Part shown: positions 21,555 through 30,155 of the stretch, in pieces
How the letters are laid out: the number at the start of each line of letters is the position of its first letter
Numbering within the stretch: position 1 is the first letter of the stretch
From: Gemmatimonadales bacterium
GTDB lineage: Bacteria > Gemmatimonadota > Gemmatimonadetes > Gemmatimonadales > GWC2-71-9
Assembly (NCBI GenBank): GCA_050733035.1
Contig: JBOHSJ010000288.1
Span: 1 to 50,249 of the forward strand
Direction: 5' to 3'
Length of the DNA stretch: 50,249 nucleotides
Program-made: the position numbers and the translations under genes
Notes under the pieces: model-generated
Seen by the model: the letters and a program-made list of their open reading frames with translations, nothing else
What the model was told of the DNA's origin: nothing
Database searches by the model: none

Positions 21555-23153
21555 ATGACTGAAACGCCGGTGGATGTCCTCATTATCGGCGGCGGCATTA
21601 CGGGCGCGGGAATCGCGCGGGACGCGGCATTGCGGGGGTTCCGCACGGCGCTCGTGGACAAATCGGACTTCGGCGCGGGCACCTCGTCGCATTCGTCGCG
21701 ACTCATCCACGGCGGCGTCCGTTATCTGGAACAACGCGCATTCCGGCTGGTGTTCGAGGCGAGTCACGAGCGGCGTGTGCTCCTCAGGATCGCGCCGCAC
21801 CTCGTGCGGCCGCTCGCGTTCCTCTTCCCTGTCTACAAGGGCAGCCGCATTCCGGCATGGAAGCTGCGCGCGGGAATGTGGCTCTACGATCTCCTGGCGG
21901 CGTTCCGGAACGTGCGGCGGCACCGCTGGCTCCGCGCCAAGAAGGTCCGGCGGGTCGAGCCGGGGCTGCGCGATCGCGGGCTCATCGGCGCCGCGTTGTA
22001 CTACGACGCTCAGGTGGACGACGCACGCCTGGTCATCGCCACGATTCGCGCTGCCGCGCAGGCCGGCGCCCTGGTCGCTAATTACGTCGAGACGACCGAC
22101 GTCTTGAAGCCGGACGGACGGGTCCGCGGCGCGGCGATTCGCGACGTTCTCACGGGCGAGACCGCCACCATTCGCGCCAACGTGGTCGTCAACGCCACCG
22201 GCCCATGGTCCGACACCGTGCGCCGGCTCGACGATCCCAGCGCCGAACCGCTGCTGCGGCCCACCAAGGGCGCGCACGTCGTCGTACCGCGGCGGCGCAT
22301 GTCGAACGAGCATGCCGTGACGCTGCTCTCGCAGCTCGACGGCCGTGTGATGTTCGTGCTGCCGTGGGGCGAGCTGTCGTACATCGGCACGACCGATACG
22401 GACGCCGACTCATCTCCCGATGCCATGCGCGTGACCGCGTCCGACGTCACCTATCTCCTTCGTTCCGTGAATGCCGCATTTCCCGGCGCTCACCTGACCA
22501 CCAACGACGTCGTCTCCGCCTGGTCCGGGCTGCGTCCGTTGCTGCGACAGGATCATGCCAACCCGTCGCAGGTGTCGCGCGAGCATCGCATCGTCGAGAG
22601 TGCGCACGGACTCGTCACGATCATCGGCGGGAAGCTGACCACGTACCGGGTGATGGCGCGCGACGTGGTGGATCGCGTCGCGGCGCGACTACACGAGCTC
22701 GATGGCCGGCCGCTCGCGCAACGCCCGCCGACGGATCGTATCCCGCTGCCCGGCGGCGAGGCGGCCGAGCTGGAGGTGCTGATCGAGGCGGCACGGGCGC
22801 GGGGCGCCGCGGAAGCGACGGCGCGTCATCTCGTCGCGAGCTACGGCAGCGAGGCGGCGGCGGTGCTGAATCTCGTCGATCGGGAGCGGCCGCTGGGCGA
22901 CCCGATCATCGCGGGGCGGCCGGAGATCTGGGCGGAAGTCAGCTATGCCGTCGAGCGGGAAATGGCGGTGCGCGTGCAGGACGTTCTGATCCGGCGCCTG
23001 CACCTGTTCTACGAGGCACGCGAGCAGGCGCACTCGATCGTGGGTACCGTGGCGAGCCGGATGAAAAAGCTCCTCGGCTGGGACGACACCCGTGAGGCCG
23101 AGGAGCTCCGTGACTACTTTCAGATCGTCGAGCGGAGCCGGATCAAGGTTTGA
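21555..23153 (+). CDS. glpD: FAD-dependent glycerol-3-phosphate dehydrogenase
   Basis: The start is trimmed to ATG 21555, giving VDVLIIGGGITGAGIARDAALRG (FAD dinucleotide fold). Also SSRLIHGGVRYLE, and a C-terminal alpha-helical GlpD-type domain. Confidence 0.85.
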   Translation: MTETPVDVLIIGGGITGAGIARDAALRGFRTALVDKSDFGAGTSSHSSRLIHGGVRYLEQRAFRLVFEASHERRVLLRIAPHLVRPLAFLFPVYKGSRIPAWKLRAGMWLYDLLAAFRNVRRHRWLRAKKVRRVEPGLRDRGLIGAALYYDAQVDDARLVIATIRAAAQAGALVANYVETTDVLKPDGRVRGAAIRDVLTGETATIRANVVVNATGPWSDTVRRLDDPSAEPLLRPTKGAHVVVPRRRMSNEHAVTLLSQLDGRVMFVLPWGELSYIGTTDTDADSSPDAMRVTASDVTYLLRSVNAAFPGAHLTTNDVVSAWSGLRPLLRQDHANPSQVSREHRIVESAHGLVTIIGGKLTTYRVMARDVVDRVAARLHELDGRPLAQRPPTDRIPLPGGEAAELEVLIEAARARGAAEATARHLVASYGSEAAAVLNLVDRERPLGDPIIAGRPEIWAEVSYAVEREMAVRVQDVLIRRLHLFYEAREQAHSIVGTVASRMKKLLGWDDTREAEELRDYFQIVERSRIKV

Positions 23154-24405
23154 CCCGCACGCGCGGCCGGATGCGAATGCGCGGGTTGTCGTCGTCGTCT
23201 TCGATCTGCCGCAGCGCCCACGTCGCCGCGCGTCGCACCGATCCCGATTCGTCGCTCTGAGCGGCCACCAGCCCGTCGCGTGCGAGCGGGCTCTCGATCT
23301 CTCCCAGCGCCCACGCGGCGGTCGCCCGAACCTCGAAGTCCGAGTCCTTGAGCGCCGCGACCAGCGGCGTGACGGCGCTCTCGTCCTCGATTTCGCCCAG
23401 GGCCCAGGCCGCGAGCACGCGCACGTCGGGATCGGAGTCCCGCAGGCCCACGGCCACCGGACGGACGCCGCTTCCTGATTCGATTTCTCCCAGCGCCCAC
23501 AGCGCCGTCTTGCGAACGTCCACCACCGGATCGCGCACCAGCGGCTCGAGCGCCGCAACGCCCTGGCCGCTCTCGATCTCACCCAACGCCCACGCGGCAG
23601 CCTGACGCACGCGCGGCTCGCGATCCTTGGTCGCCGTGGTGAGCAACGGCACCGCTGAAGCATCTTCGATCTCGCCGAGTGCCCAGACCGCCGTGATCCG
23701 CACCTCCAGCACCGGGTCGTCGAGCGCGGCGCTGAGCGGCCGGACCCCGCGCTCGTCCTCGATCTCGCCGATGGCCCAGGCGGCCGTGCGGCGCACCTCA
23801 GGCGCACGATCGTTCAGCGCACGGGCGAGCGCGTCGATCGCCGTCTTTTCTTCGATTTCGCCGAGCGCCCACGCGGCCATCATGCGCACCGCGGGACTGT
23901 CGTCACGGTCGAGCGCGCCGCTGAGCGGCGGGATCGCGCGGGAGTCCTCCATCTCGCCGAGTCCGAGAGCACCCGTCTCGCGCAGGTCGGGACGCGCGTC
24001 GCGCAACAAGGAGATAAGGAGATCGTACTCGCTCGAGCCGCCGTGACTGCCGAGGACTCGCGCCGCGATGCCACGAACGCAGCGGTTGTCGTCGCGAATG
24101 AACGCGCGGAAGGCGCGCAGCACGCCGGGGTTCACGTCGGAGCGCCTCTCGTGCATATCCACATGGACGCCGCCGGCGCCCCCGCCCGGCATCGGCATCG
24201 GAGTCGGCATGGGCCGGGGCATCGGCATGCCGGGATCGAACGACCCCCAACGCCAGAAGCCGCCGAAGTTGGTCAGCGCCTGACCCGTCAGCGCACAAAT
24301 CGCCGAATCGCTCGTGCGAAGTTGGGTCAAAATGCGAGTAACGGTCGCGGAATCGAACTGCGGATGTTGGACGACGAGCAGCGAGACGAGCAGCGGTGCA
24401 ATCAT
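23143..24405 (-). CDS. HEAT (PBS-lyase type) repeat protein with N-terminal hydrophobic signal/anchor and a Pro-Met-rich linker
   Basis: The start is trimmed to ATG 24405 (MIAPLLVSLLVV). About 10 repeats of VRxxAAWALGEIEDxxAVxxLxxALxDxxxx. Confidence 0.85.
   Translation of the reverse strand: MIAPLLVSLLVVQHPQFDSATVTRILTQLRTSDSAICALTGQALTNFGGFWRWGSFDPGMPMPRPMPTPMPMPGGGAGGVHVDMHERRSDVNPGVLRAFRAFIRDDNRCVRGIAARVLGSHGGSSEYDLLISLLRDARPDLRETGALGLGEMEDSRAIPPLSGALDRDDSPAVRMMAAWALGEIEEKTAIDALARALNDRAPEVRRTAAWAIGEIEDERGVRPLSAALDDPVLEVRITAVWALGEIEDASAVPLLTTATKDREPRVRQAAAWALGEIESGQGVAALEPLVRDPVVDVRKTALWALGEIESGSGVRPVAVGLRDSDPDVRVLAAWALGEIEDESAVTPLVAALKDSDFEVRATAAWALGEIESPLARDGLVAAQSDESGSVRRAATWALRQIEDDDDNPRIRIRPRVRVKP
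23194..23892 (-). repeat. In-frame tandem coding repeats, exact 93-bp (31-aa) period, about 8 well-conserved units
   Basis: The VR dipeptide recurs at residues 173, 204, 235, 266, 297, 328, 359 and 390 of the HEAT protein, each followed by AAWALGEIE-like sequence. Confidence 0.8.
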
Positions 24406-24473
24406 GGGAATCCCGGGTGGAGGATACAGCCGTTTGGATAGGCGGACCCCGCGAAAGGTTGCTGCCTCGGCAA

Positions 24474-25307
24474 ATGCCGGTATTTTCTCACCGAGTGCGC
24501 CCCGGTACCTGGCTTGTTCTGTACTGCGTTTTCTGCCTTGCCGCCTGCTCTCGGCCCGAGTCTGCTCCACCCGCCGCTGCCTTTGGTGGGCCCGCGGATT
24601 CGGTCATCCCCGCGGGTCCCTACGGCGATGCCGTCCGGCGTGGCCGCGCGCTGCTCCTGGCGACGCGCGACAGCTTGCCGCACCACGTTGCCAACAAGCT
24701 ACGCTGCGTGAGTTGCCACCTCGACGGCTCATGGCGCGGAGTCTTCGCCCGTTATCCCCAGTACCGGCCTCGGAGCGGCGTCGTCGAGACGATCGAGTAC
24801 CGCGTCAACGACTGTTTCCGTCGCAGCATGAACGGCGCCGCCTTGGACCCCGCCGGACCCGACATGCGCGACATCGTCGCCTACTTCGCCTTTCTCTCGC
24901 GTGGCACCGCGGTCGGGCCACCCGCGGGGGCGCCTGGCGCCCGACTGCAGAAGTGGGCCACGTTTACGGCGGACACCGCGGCCGGGGCCCGCGTGTTCGC
25001 AGCATCGTGCACCAAATGCCACGGAGCGGCGGGTGAGGGGACGGCCGTCGCGCCGCCGGTCTGGGGTCCGCAGTCGTACAATGTCGGCGCCGGCATGACG
25101 CGCGTCCGCACGGCTGCCGATTTCATCAGCCGCAGCATGCCCTTCGACTCACCGGGCACGCTGACCGATCAGCAGGCGTTCGACGTCGCCGCTTACGTCA
25201 ATGCACACCCCCGGCCCGATTACCGGGGCAAGGAAAACGATTGGCCCAACGGCGATGCGCCACCCGACGTCGCTTACCCAACGCGGCCGACACGCCGCGC
25301 ACAGTAG
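24474..25307 (+). CDS. Dihaem c-type cytochrome, TsdA-like (thiosulfate dehydrogenase family), lipoprotein signal
   Basis: Two CxxCH motifs (CVSCH, CTKCH). An RVNDCFRRSMNG block resembles the Cys-ligand region of TsdA/SoxA-type cytochromes. Also PPVWGPQSYNVGAGM. The start is set at ATG 24474, giving a signal ending in the lipobox LAAC. Confidence 0.7.
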   Translation: MPVFSHRVRPGTWLVLYCVFCLAACSRPESAPPAAAFGGPADSVIPAGPYGDAVRRGRALLLATRDSLPHHVANKLRCVSCHLDGSWRGVFARYPQYRPRSGVVETIEYRVNDCFRRSMNGAALDPAGPDMRDIVAYFAFLSRGTAVGPPAGAPGARLQKWATFTADTAAGARVFAASCTKCHGAAGEGTAVAPPVWGPQSYNVGAGMTRVRTAADFISRSMPFDSPGTLTDQQAFDVAAYVNAHPRPDYRGKENDWPNGDAPPDVAYPTRPTRRAQ

Positions 25308-25330
25308 TTCACCACTTGAGGAGGTTTCCG

Positions 25331-26008
25331 ATGTTCGAGTTCAAGGACGTTACCACTCCGCGCCGCGGCTTTCTGGGCACTCTCGCGGCCGCCGCGGCTG
25401 CGGGTTTTGCCAGCCTGACGCCGCTGCGCCTCGAAGCCAAGACGCGCAGCAGCGGTTCGGCCAACGGGATGGACGCGGCGTTCGAGACGTGGCTGAACCG
25501 GATCAACGGGAAGCACAAGATGGTGTTCGACGCGCCCGAGGTGAACAGCGGCATGCCGGTGATTTGGCCGCGCGTCTGGCTCGTCGGCAACAACGAGAAC
25601 TACGGCACGAAGGACACGGACAACTCGGGCGTCGTGATTCTGCGCCACGCGGCGATTCCGCTCGCGATGAAAGACGATCTGTGGGCGAAGTACAAGCTCG
25701 GCGAAGCGTTCAGCATCAAGGAGGGCGAGACCGCGGCGACGCGTAACATTTTCGCCAAGGTGCTGCCGTTGCCCCTGCCCGGCACGGGCGTCGAGGCGTT
25801 GCTCGCAAGCGGCGTGCAGTTCGGCGTGTGCAACGTCGCACTGACGATCTACAGCGGCATGGTGGCGCAGAAGATGGGAGTGGACGGCGCGGCGGTGAAA
25901 GCCGATTGGGTCGCGGGACTGATTCCCGGATGTCAGGTCGTGCCGTCCGGCGTGCTCGCAGTGTCGCGCACACAGGAGAAGGGCTGCGGCTACTGCTTCG
26001 CGGGTTAG
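25331..26008 (+). CDS. Tat-exported protein of unknown function, tentatively DsrE/DsrF-like fold
   Basis: ATG 25331 is preceded by GAGGAGG. Twin-arginine signal TPRRGFLGTLAAAAAAGFA. The pattern KHKMVFDAPE...VVILRHAAIPL...GVQFGVCNVAL is reminiscent of DsrE-like proteins. C-terminal CGYCFAG. No haem or Fe-S motif. Confidence 0.65.
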   Translation: MFEFKDVTTPRRGFLGTLAAAAAAGFASLTPLRLEAKTRSSGSANGMDAAFETWLNRINGKHKMVFDAPEVNSGMPVIWPRVWLVGNNENYGTKDTDNSGVVILRHAAIPLAMKDDLWAKYKLGEAFSIKEGETAATRNIFAKVLPLPLPGTGVEALLASGVQFGVCNVALTIYSGMVAQKMGVDGAAVKADWVAGLIPGCQVVPSGVLAVSRTQEKGCGYCFAG

Positions 26009-26121
26009 TCCCTCGCCGTGTGACTTGAGTCACCGGCACCGCGGTCGTGTGATGGAACCTCACGAACCTTGGCTCGGTCCTCCGGGTACAGCGTCACGCA
26101 CTACAACCGGAGGATCGAACC

Positions 26122-26562
26122 ATGATTCGACGCATCCTGATGGCAGTCGCGCTGCTGGTGTGCGCGGCCGGCGTCACGCGTGCCGCAGCGCAGCGGTCGC
26201 ATTTCGGACTGCACGGCGGCTACAACTTCGATCTCGAAGAGGGCTCGATCGGAGCCCAGATGCATCTGCCGCTCACGTCGTCGATCGAGCTCTATCCGTC
26301 GTTCGACTATTACTTCGTGAACAGCGGGACCCTGCTGGGTTTCAACGGAGATCTCAAGTTCCGCACGCCGGGTACGCCGCTGTACTTCGGCGGCGGCGTC
26401 GGCATTCTGAGCGGGGGCGGGAACTCCAACACGGGGTTCAACCTGTTTGGGGGGGTTGAGACACGCTACGGCCAGACGCATCCCTTCATCGAGGGGCGCG
26501 CGTTATTCCACGACGGCTCGGCGTTTCAGTTGTTGTTTGGCCTCAACGTGACGCTGTACTAA
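26122..26562 (+). CDS. Small outer-membrane beta-barrel protein (OmpW/OmpX-size)
   Basis: 146 aa. Signal peptide MIRRILMAVALLVCAAGVTRAAAQ. Alternating Gly/aromatic beta-strand pattern. C-terminal aromatic residue (NVTLY). Confidence 0.7.
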   Translation: MIRRILMAVALLVCAAGVTRAAAQRSHFGLHGGYNFDLEEGSIGAQMHLPLTSSIELYPSFDYYFVNSGTLLGFNGDLKFRTPGTPLYFGGGVGILSGGGNSNTGFNLFGGVETRYGQTHPFIEGRALFHDGSAFQLLFGLNVTLY

Positions 26563-26590
26563 CTGCGAGGTTGTGAAGGATGGTGATGCG

Positions 26591-26618
26591 GTAGGGGCGC
26601 AGCATGCCGCGCCCCTAC
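26591..26618. terminator. GC-rich hairpin between convergent genes (candidate bidirectional terminator)
   Basis: GTAGGGGCGC (26591-26600) and GCGCCCCTAC (26609-26618) are exact reverse complements with an 8-nt loop. The hairpin overlaps the stop codon of the minus-strand gene. The T tract on the plus strand is only short. Confidence 0.4.
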
Positions 26619-27607
26619 TTCCACCCTCGCAGACTTCGCACGAAATCGTGCAGCACCAGAAACTTCTCGTACAGCCGCACACCCTTTCGCTTGCGGCCGA
26701 ACTCGGCGAACAGCTCCCGCAGCCGCCCGCGGCGCGCGACGTAGAACCGGAACGTCTCCGCGAAGTCTTCCTGCGGGTGCGTCGCCGCGTAGGCGCTGAC
26801 GTAGTCGGTCAGCGTCGTCGCGATGCGGCGGCGCTCGAAGTCCACCCAGTGCTCGTCCGCGACGCGGTACGCCTTGCGCACTTCGCCGAACGCGCGGCGG
26901 AACCGGCCGCTGCGGGTCCACGACCAGTGATGATAGAGGAAGGAGTGGCCGAGCTCATGGAGCAGCAGGCCCGTCAGCATGTTCCAGGAGATTTCGTCGC
27001 GGCGCCGCTTGCCGGTGACGTAGCGGCGGTCGAGCTCGATGACCTTGGGAGCGCGTGGCGCGACCCCCGAGACCCCCGGTCGCAGGGCAACGCGATAATG
27101 CCAGTCGCGAATCCGCGAGACGATCAGCAGCCGGCGCGCCCGCCGCAGCGCCCGTGGGATGAGGTCGCGCCCGGTCGCATCCTCGCCGCACCAGGGGCAC
27201 GTCGCCATCCAGTCGTCCACGCCCCTATCGCAATGTGGGCAGGAATTCTGGAAGTGATCGTAGCGCCACGTCTGTGTGCGGCCGCACCAGGGACAGAAGC
27301 GCATCGGATACATCACACCGCCGCCGCATCCCCAATCGCAGCGCGCGTGGAACTTGAATCCCTTCGGCGCCTTCAGCGGCTCTTCGCTCGAATCCTTGTC
27401 ATGGACGTTCCGGCCGCACCACGGGCAGAACGACGACGCGTCCGAGACGATCCAGCCGCAGTACGCGCATTCCGCCCCCGTCTCGCGCAGCGTGTCGGGC
27501 CACTCGAGCCGCCGGCTGCAGCTGGGGCAGTAGCTCCAGAACCGCTCCAGCTCCGTGTGGCAGCGGGGGCAGCGCAGCTCGGGCGTCGGAACCTCGCGGC
27601 GGCTCAC
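26615..27607 (-). CDS. Four tandem zinc ribbons fused to a putative HExxH zinc metallopeptidase domain
   Basis: 330 aa, GTG start. CxxC pairs at residues 13/16+27/30, 47/50+61/64, 90/94+105/108 and 123/126+137/140; three of the pairs use CPWCG. HELGH at 217-221 and a downstream QEDFAE at 279-284. Confidence 0.75.
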   Translation of the reverse strand: MSRREVPTPELRCPRCHTELERFWSYCPSCSRRLEWPDTLRETGAECAYCGWIVSDASSFCPWCGRNVHDKDSSEEPLKAPKGFKFHARCDWGCGGGVMYPMRFCPWCGRTQTWRYDHFQNSCPHCDRGVDDWMATCPWCGEDATGRDLIPRALRRARRLLIVSRIRDWHYRVALRPGVSGVAPRAPKVIELDRRYVTGKRRRDEISWNMLTGLLLHELGHSFLYHHWSWTRSGRFRRAFGEVRKAYRVADEHWVDFERRRIATTLTDYVSAYAATHPQEDFAETFRFYVARRGRLRELFAEFGRKRKGVRLYEKFLVLHDFVRSLRGWK

Positions 27608-28602
27608 CGGGCCATCGCCTCGTCCACGATGCGTTGTATGAACGCGTTGTATTTGAGCCCAGACTTGGCGGCAGCCTCCGCCAATTCATGCTCGTCCGCG
27701 ATGAACGGGTTGGGGTTTACCTCGAGCACGTACACCTCGTCGTCATGCGCCAAGCGCACATCAACGCGGCCGTAATCCTGGAGCCACAGCGCGTGAAACG
27801 CGGTCGTACAGATCTCGCCGATCCGGCGCGTCAACTCCTCGGACACACCCTTGGCGAATACGTTCTTGATCTTTTTCTTTTTCCGGTAGTCCTCGTCCCA
27901 CTTCGCCTTGTAGGTCGCGATGCGATGCTCGCCGGTCTCCGGTTCGCCGAACGTCATCTCCGTGAGCGGTAGCACCTCCAAATCGTCGTTGCCGATCAGC
28001 CCGACGTATACCTCGCGCCCTTCCACCAGCTCCTCGACGATCGCTGCCTGGTGGTACTTGGTGTGAATGAACTCGGCGCGCTGCTTCAGGCTCGCGTCGT
28101 CCTCGACCACCGATGCCTGCGCAATGCCGATGGACGCGTCCTCGAGCAGTGGCTTCACGATGAGGGGAAAGCGGAGCTCCGACGGCCGCACCAGCTCGTC
28201 GCCCTCGTGGAACTCGGCGAACGCCGGCACGCGGATGTTGTGAAAGGCAAGGACTTTCTTGGTCAACGATTTGTTGCGGGCCACCAGCAGGGCGGTGGGC
28301 GAGGAACCGGTGTAGCGATAGCCGTACATGTCCAGCAGCGCGGCGATCGCGTATTCGTGGCGCGCGTTCTTGCGGAAGCCCTCGCAACCGTTGAACACGA
28401 GCTTCGGCTGGAAGTCGGCCAGTTTCGCGAGGAGCGGCGGGACGTCGTCGCCGATGCCGATCATGAGCACGTCGTGGCCACCTCCCATGAGGGCGCGCGC
28501 GACGTCGTATTCCGCTTCCTCGGCCTTCTGCTCGACCTCGCGCTTGAAGGCGGCGTCCTCCCATTCAGGATGGAGCGAATCGAAGATCACGGCGATCTTC
28601 AT
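27604..28602 (-). CDS. ATP-grasp ligase, D-alanine--D-alanine ligase family-like
   Basis: The start is trimmed to ATG 28602 (MKIAVIFDS...). Motifs ARNKSLTKKVL, FPLIVKPLLEDASIGI, EELVEGREVYVG and VLEVNPNP. The long ORF-track N-terminal extension lies in an alternative frame of the MFS gene. Confidence 0.85.
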   Translation of the reverse strand: MKIAVIFDSLHPEWEDAAFKREVEQKAEEAEYDVARALMGGGHDVLMIGIGDDVPPLLAKLADFQPKLVFNGCEGFRKNARHEYAIAALLDMYGYRYTGSSPTALLVARNKSLTKKVLAFHNIRVPAFAEFHEGDELVRPSELRFPLIVKPLLEDASIGIAQASVVEDDASLKQRAEFIHTKYHQAAIVEELVEGREVYVGLIGNDDLEVLPLTEMTFGEPETGEHRIATYKAKWDEDYRKKKKIKNVFAKGVSEELTRRIGEICTTAFHALWLQDYGRVDVRLAHDDEVYVLEVNPNPFIADEHELAEAAAKSGLKYNAFIQRIVDEAMAR

Positions 28603-30155
28603 GTGGGCACCCCCACGCGCGCCATGTCGCGGGAAACAGTCTTCAGCGCAATGAGGATGACGAGCCCGCCCAGCAGACCCACCGCCGGAAGCACCAGCAT
28701 CGCCGTCCGCAGACTCCCGGTGCGGTCGGACAAATAGCCGATCAGCGGCGGTGCGAGGGCGTCGCCGGCGAGATGCGAGAAGAGCACAAACGCGCCGAGC
28801 ACGGACGCTTGCACGGCCGCCGGCACAACGTCGAGAATCACCGCGGCGAGCGGCCCGCTGTACCACGTGTACAGGAAGTACGTCGCCATGATCAGCGGGC
28901 CAAACCAGCGCAGGTCTTCCACGAGCAGCAGGGCGGCGCACGTCGGAGCACCCAGCACAAAGCCCGCGCCCGAGACGAGGACGCGCCCGCCGCGCCAGCG
29001 CTGCTGGAGGCGGTCCGCGAGCCGGCCACCCACCAGCGCACCGACCACGCCCCCGCTCAGCGCCCACATGCCGAACTCGGCTCCCACCCGCGCTATCGAC
29101 AGGCCGTGCATCCGCTGCATGAATGCGGCCGCCCAGGCGACCAGTCCGTTCACCCCGAACGTCACCATCGCCCCGCCCAGGAATACCCAGATCAGCGTCG
29201 GCGTCCGGAGCACGAGCGCGGCGGCGTCCTGAAAGTCGTCGAATGCGCCCGCGGCAACCGCACCGGCCGCGGTGGTCCGCCGCACCGCGAGCGGCACGAG
29301 CCGCCATACCGTCCAGGCGACGCCCACGGTGACACCGACGCCGAAGACGGCCGTACCGAATTGCGAAGGAATCCCCTCGAACATCGCCAGCAGCCCCGCG
29401 AGCAGCGCCCCGACGCCCGCACAGATCGCCAACGGCATCACATAGTGCGTCACGCCGTGCATGCCGTGCCGCCACCATTGCTGTAGCGTCTCAACGATCG
29501 GCGGTGGCGGCCGGCGATCGAGCTCGCGCAGCCGCGATGCGAGCAAGGCGAGCACGAGTCCCGGGAATCCCATCCAGATGAAGGCCCAGCGCCAGCCGTA
29601 CCGCTCCGCAATCACACCGCCGAACCAGATGCCCAGCACGCCACCCAGTGCCATCCCGACCGAGTAGATACCGATCGCAAACGCGCGGCGCCGGCCCTTG
29701 AAATACTGCGCGATGATCGCCTGTGAAGCGGGCCCGTAGCCCGCCTCCCCGAACCCCACGAGCGCGCGGCACGCGAACAGCTGCCAGAAGTGCCGGACGA
29801 AGCCTCCAGCCACGGTCGCGGCGCTCCACACTGTCACGCCCCAGGTGATGACCGTGCGCCGCGAGCGCAGATCGCCGATGACGCCCAGCGGCAACGCGGC
29901 AAGCGAGAGCACGATGATGTACGCGGAACCGAGCCACCCGAGCTGCGCATCCGAGACCTGGAGATCGCGTTTGACGGGCTCGAAGACGGCGTAAACGACG
30001 TTGCGGTCGAGATAGTTGAGAAGATTGACCAGCGTCAGGAGCGCCAGGACGTAAACGGCATACGCCCTGGTCGGAGTAGCGGACTTCCCTGTGTCAGGTT
30101 GCGCGGCCGCCAGTTGCTGCCTCGGCGCGTGCGTCCCGGTCCGCCTTCGCCTCAA
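28599..30155 (-). CDS. MFS transporter (Spinster-like type)
   Basis: 518 aa with 12-plus hydrophobic helices. LNYLDRNV...GDLRSRR...GFGEAGYGP motifs. The TTG start at 30155 lies 62 nt inside the upstream gene, so the true start is uncertain. Confidence 0.8.
   Translation of the reverse strand: MRRRRTGTHAPRQQLAAAQPDTGKSATPTRAYAVYVLALLTLVNLLNYLDRNVVYAVFEPVKRDLQVSDAQLGWLGSAYIIVLSLAALPLGVIGDLRSRRTVITWGVTVWSAATVAGGFVRHFWQLFACRALVGFGEAGYGPASQAIIAQYFKGRRRAFAIGIYSVGMALGGVLGIWFGGVIAERYGWRWAFIWMGFPGLVLALLASRLRELDRRPPPPIVETLQQWWRHGMHGVTHYVMPLAICAGVGALLAGLLAMFEGIPSQFGTAVFGVGVTVGVAWTVWRLVPLAVRRTTAAGAVAAGAFDDFQDAAALVLRTPTLIWVFLGGAMVTFGVNGLVAWAAAFMQRMHGLSIARVGAEFGMWALSGGVVGALVGGRLADRLQQRWRGGRVLVSGAGFVLGAPTCAALLLVEDLRWFGPLIMATYFLYTWYSGPLAAVILDVVPAAVQASVLGAFVLFSHLAGDALAPPLIGYLSDRTGSLRTAMLVLPAVGLLGGLVILIALKTVSRDMARVGVPT

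Noticed and set aside
23194-24090. Regular 93-bp repeats considered as a possible CRISPR or other non-coding array.
   Set aside because: The repeats are contiguous with no unique spacers, are in frame, and encode canonical HEAT units. There are no cas genes nearby.
24187-24228. The Pro-Met coding tract (GGCATC-like hexamers) considered as a phase-variable simple sequence repeat.
   Set aside because: The units are imperfect and the period is a multiple of three, so slippage would not switch the frame. It is treated as a low-complexity linker.
28603-29478. N-terminal 292 aa of the 624-aa ORF containing the ATP-grasp ligase. Similarly, the first 424 aa of the 729-aa ORF containing queG (32134-33405).
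   Set aside because: The extensions lie in alternative or antisense frames of the MFS gene and the class V aminotransferase gene and look like low-complexity read-through. Internal ATGs at 28602 and 33406 give native-looking N-termini and ATGA coupling.
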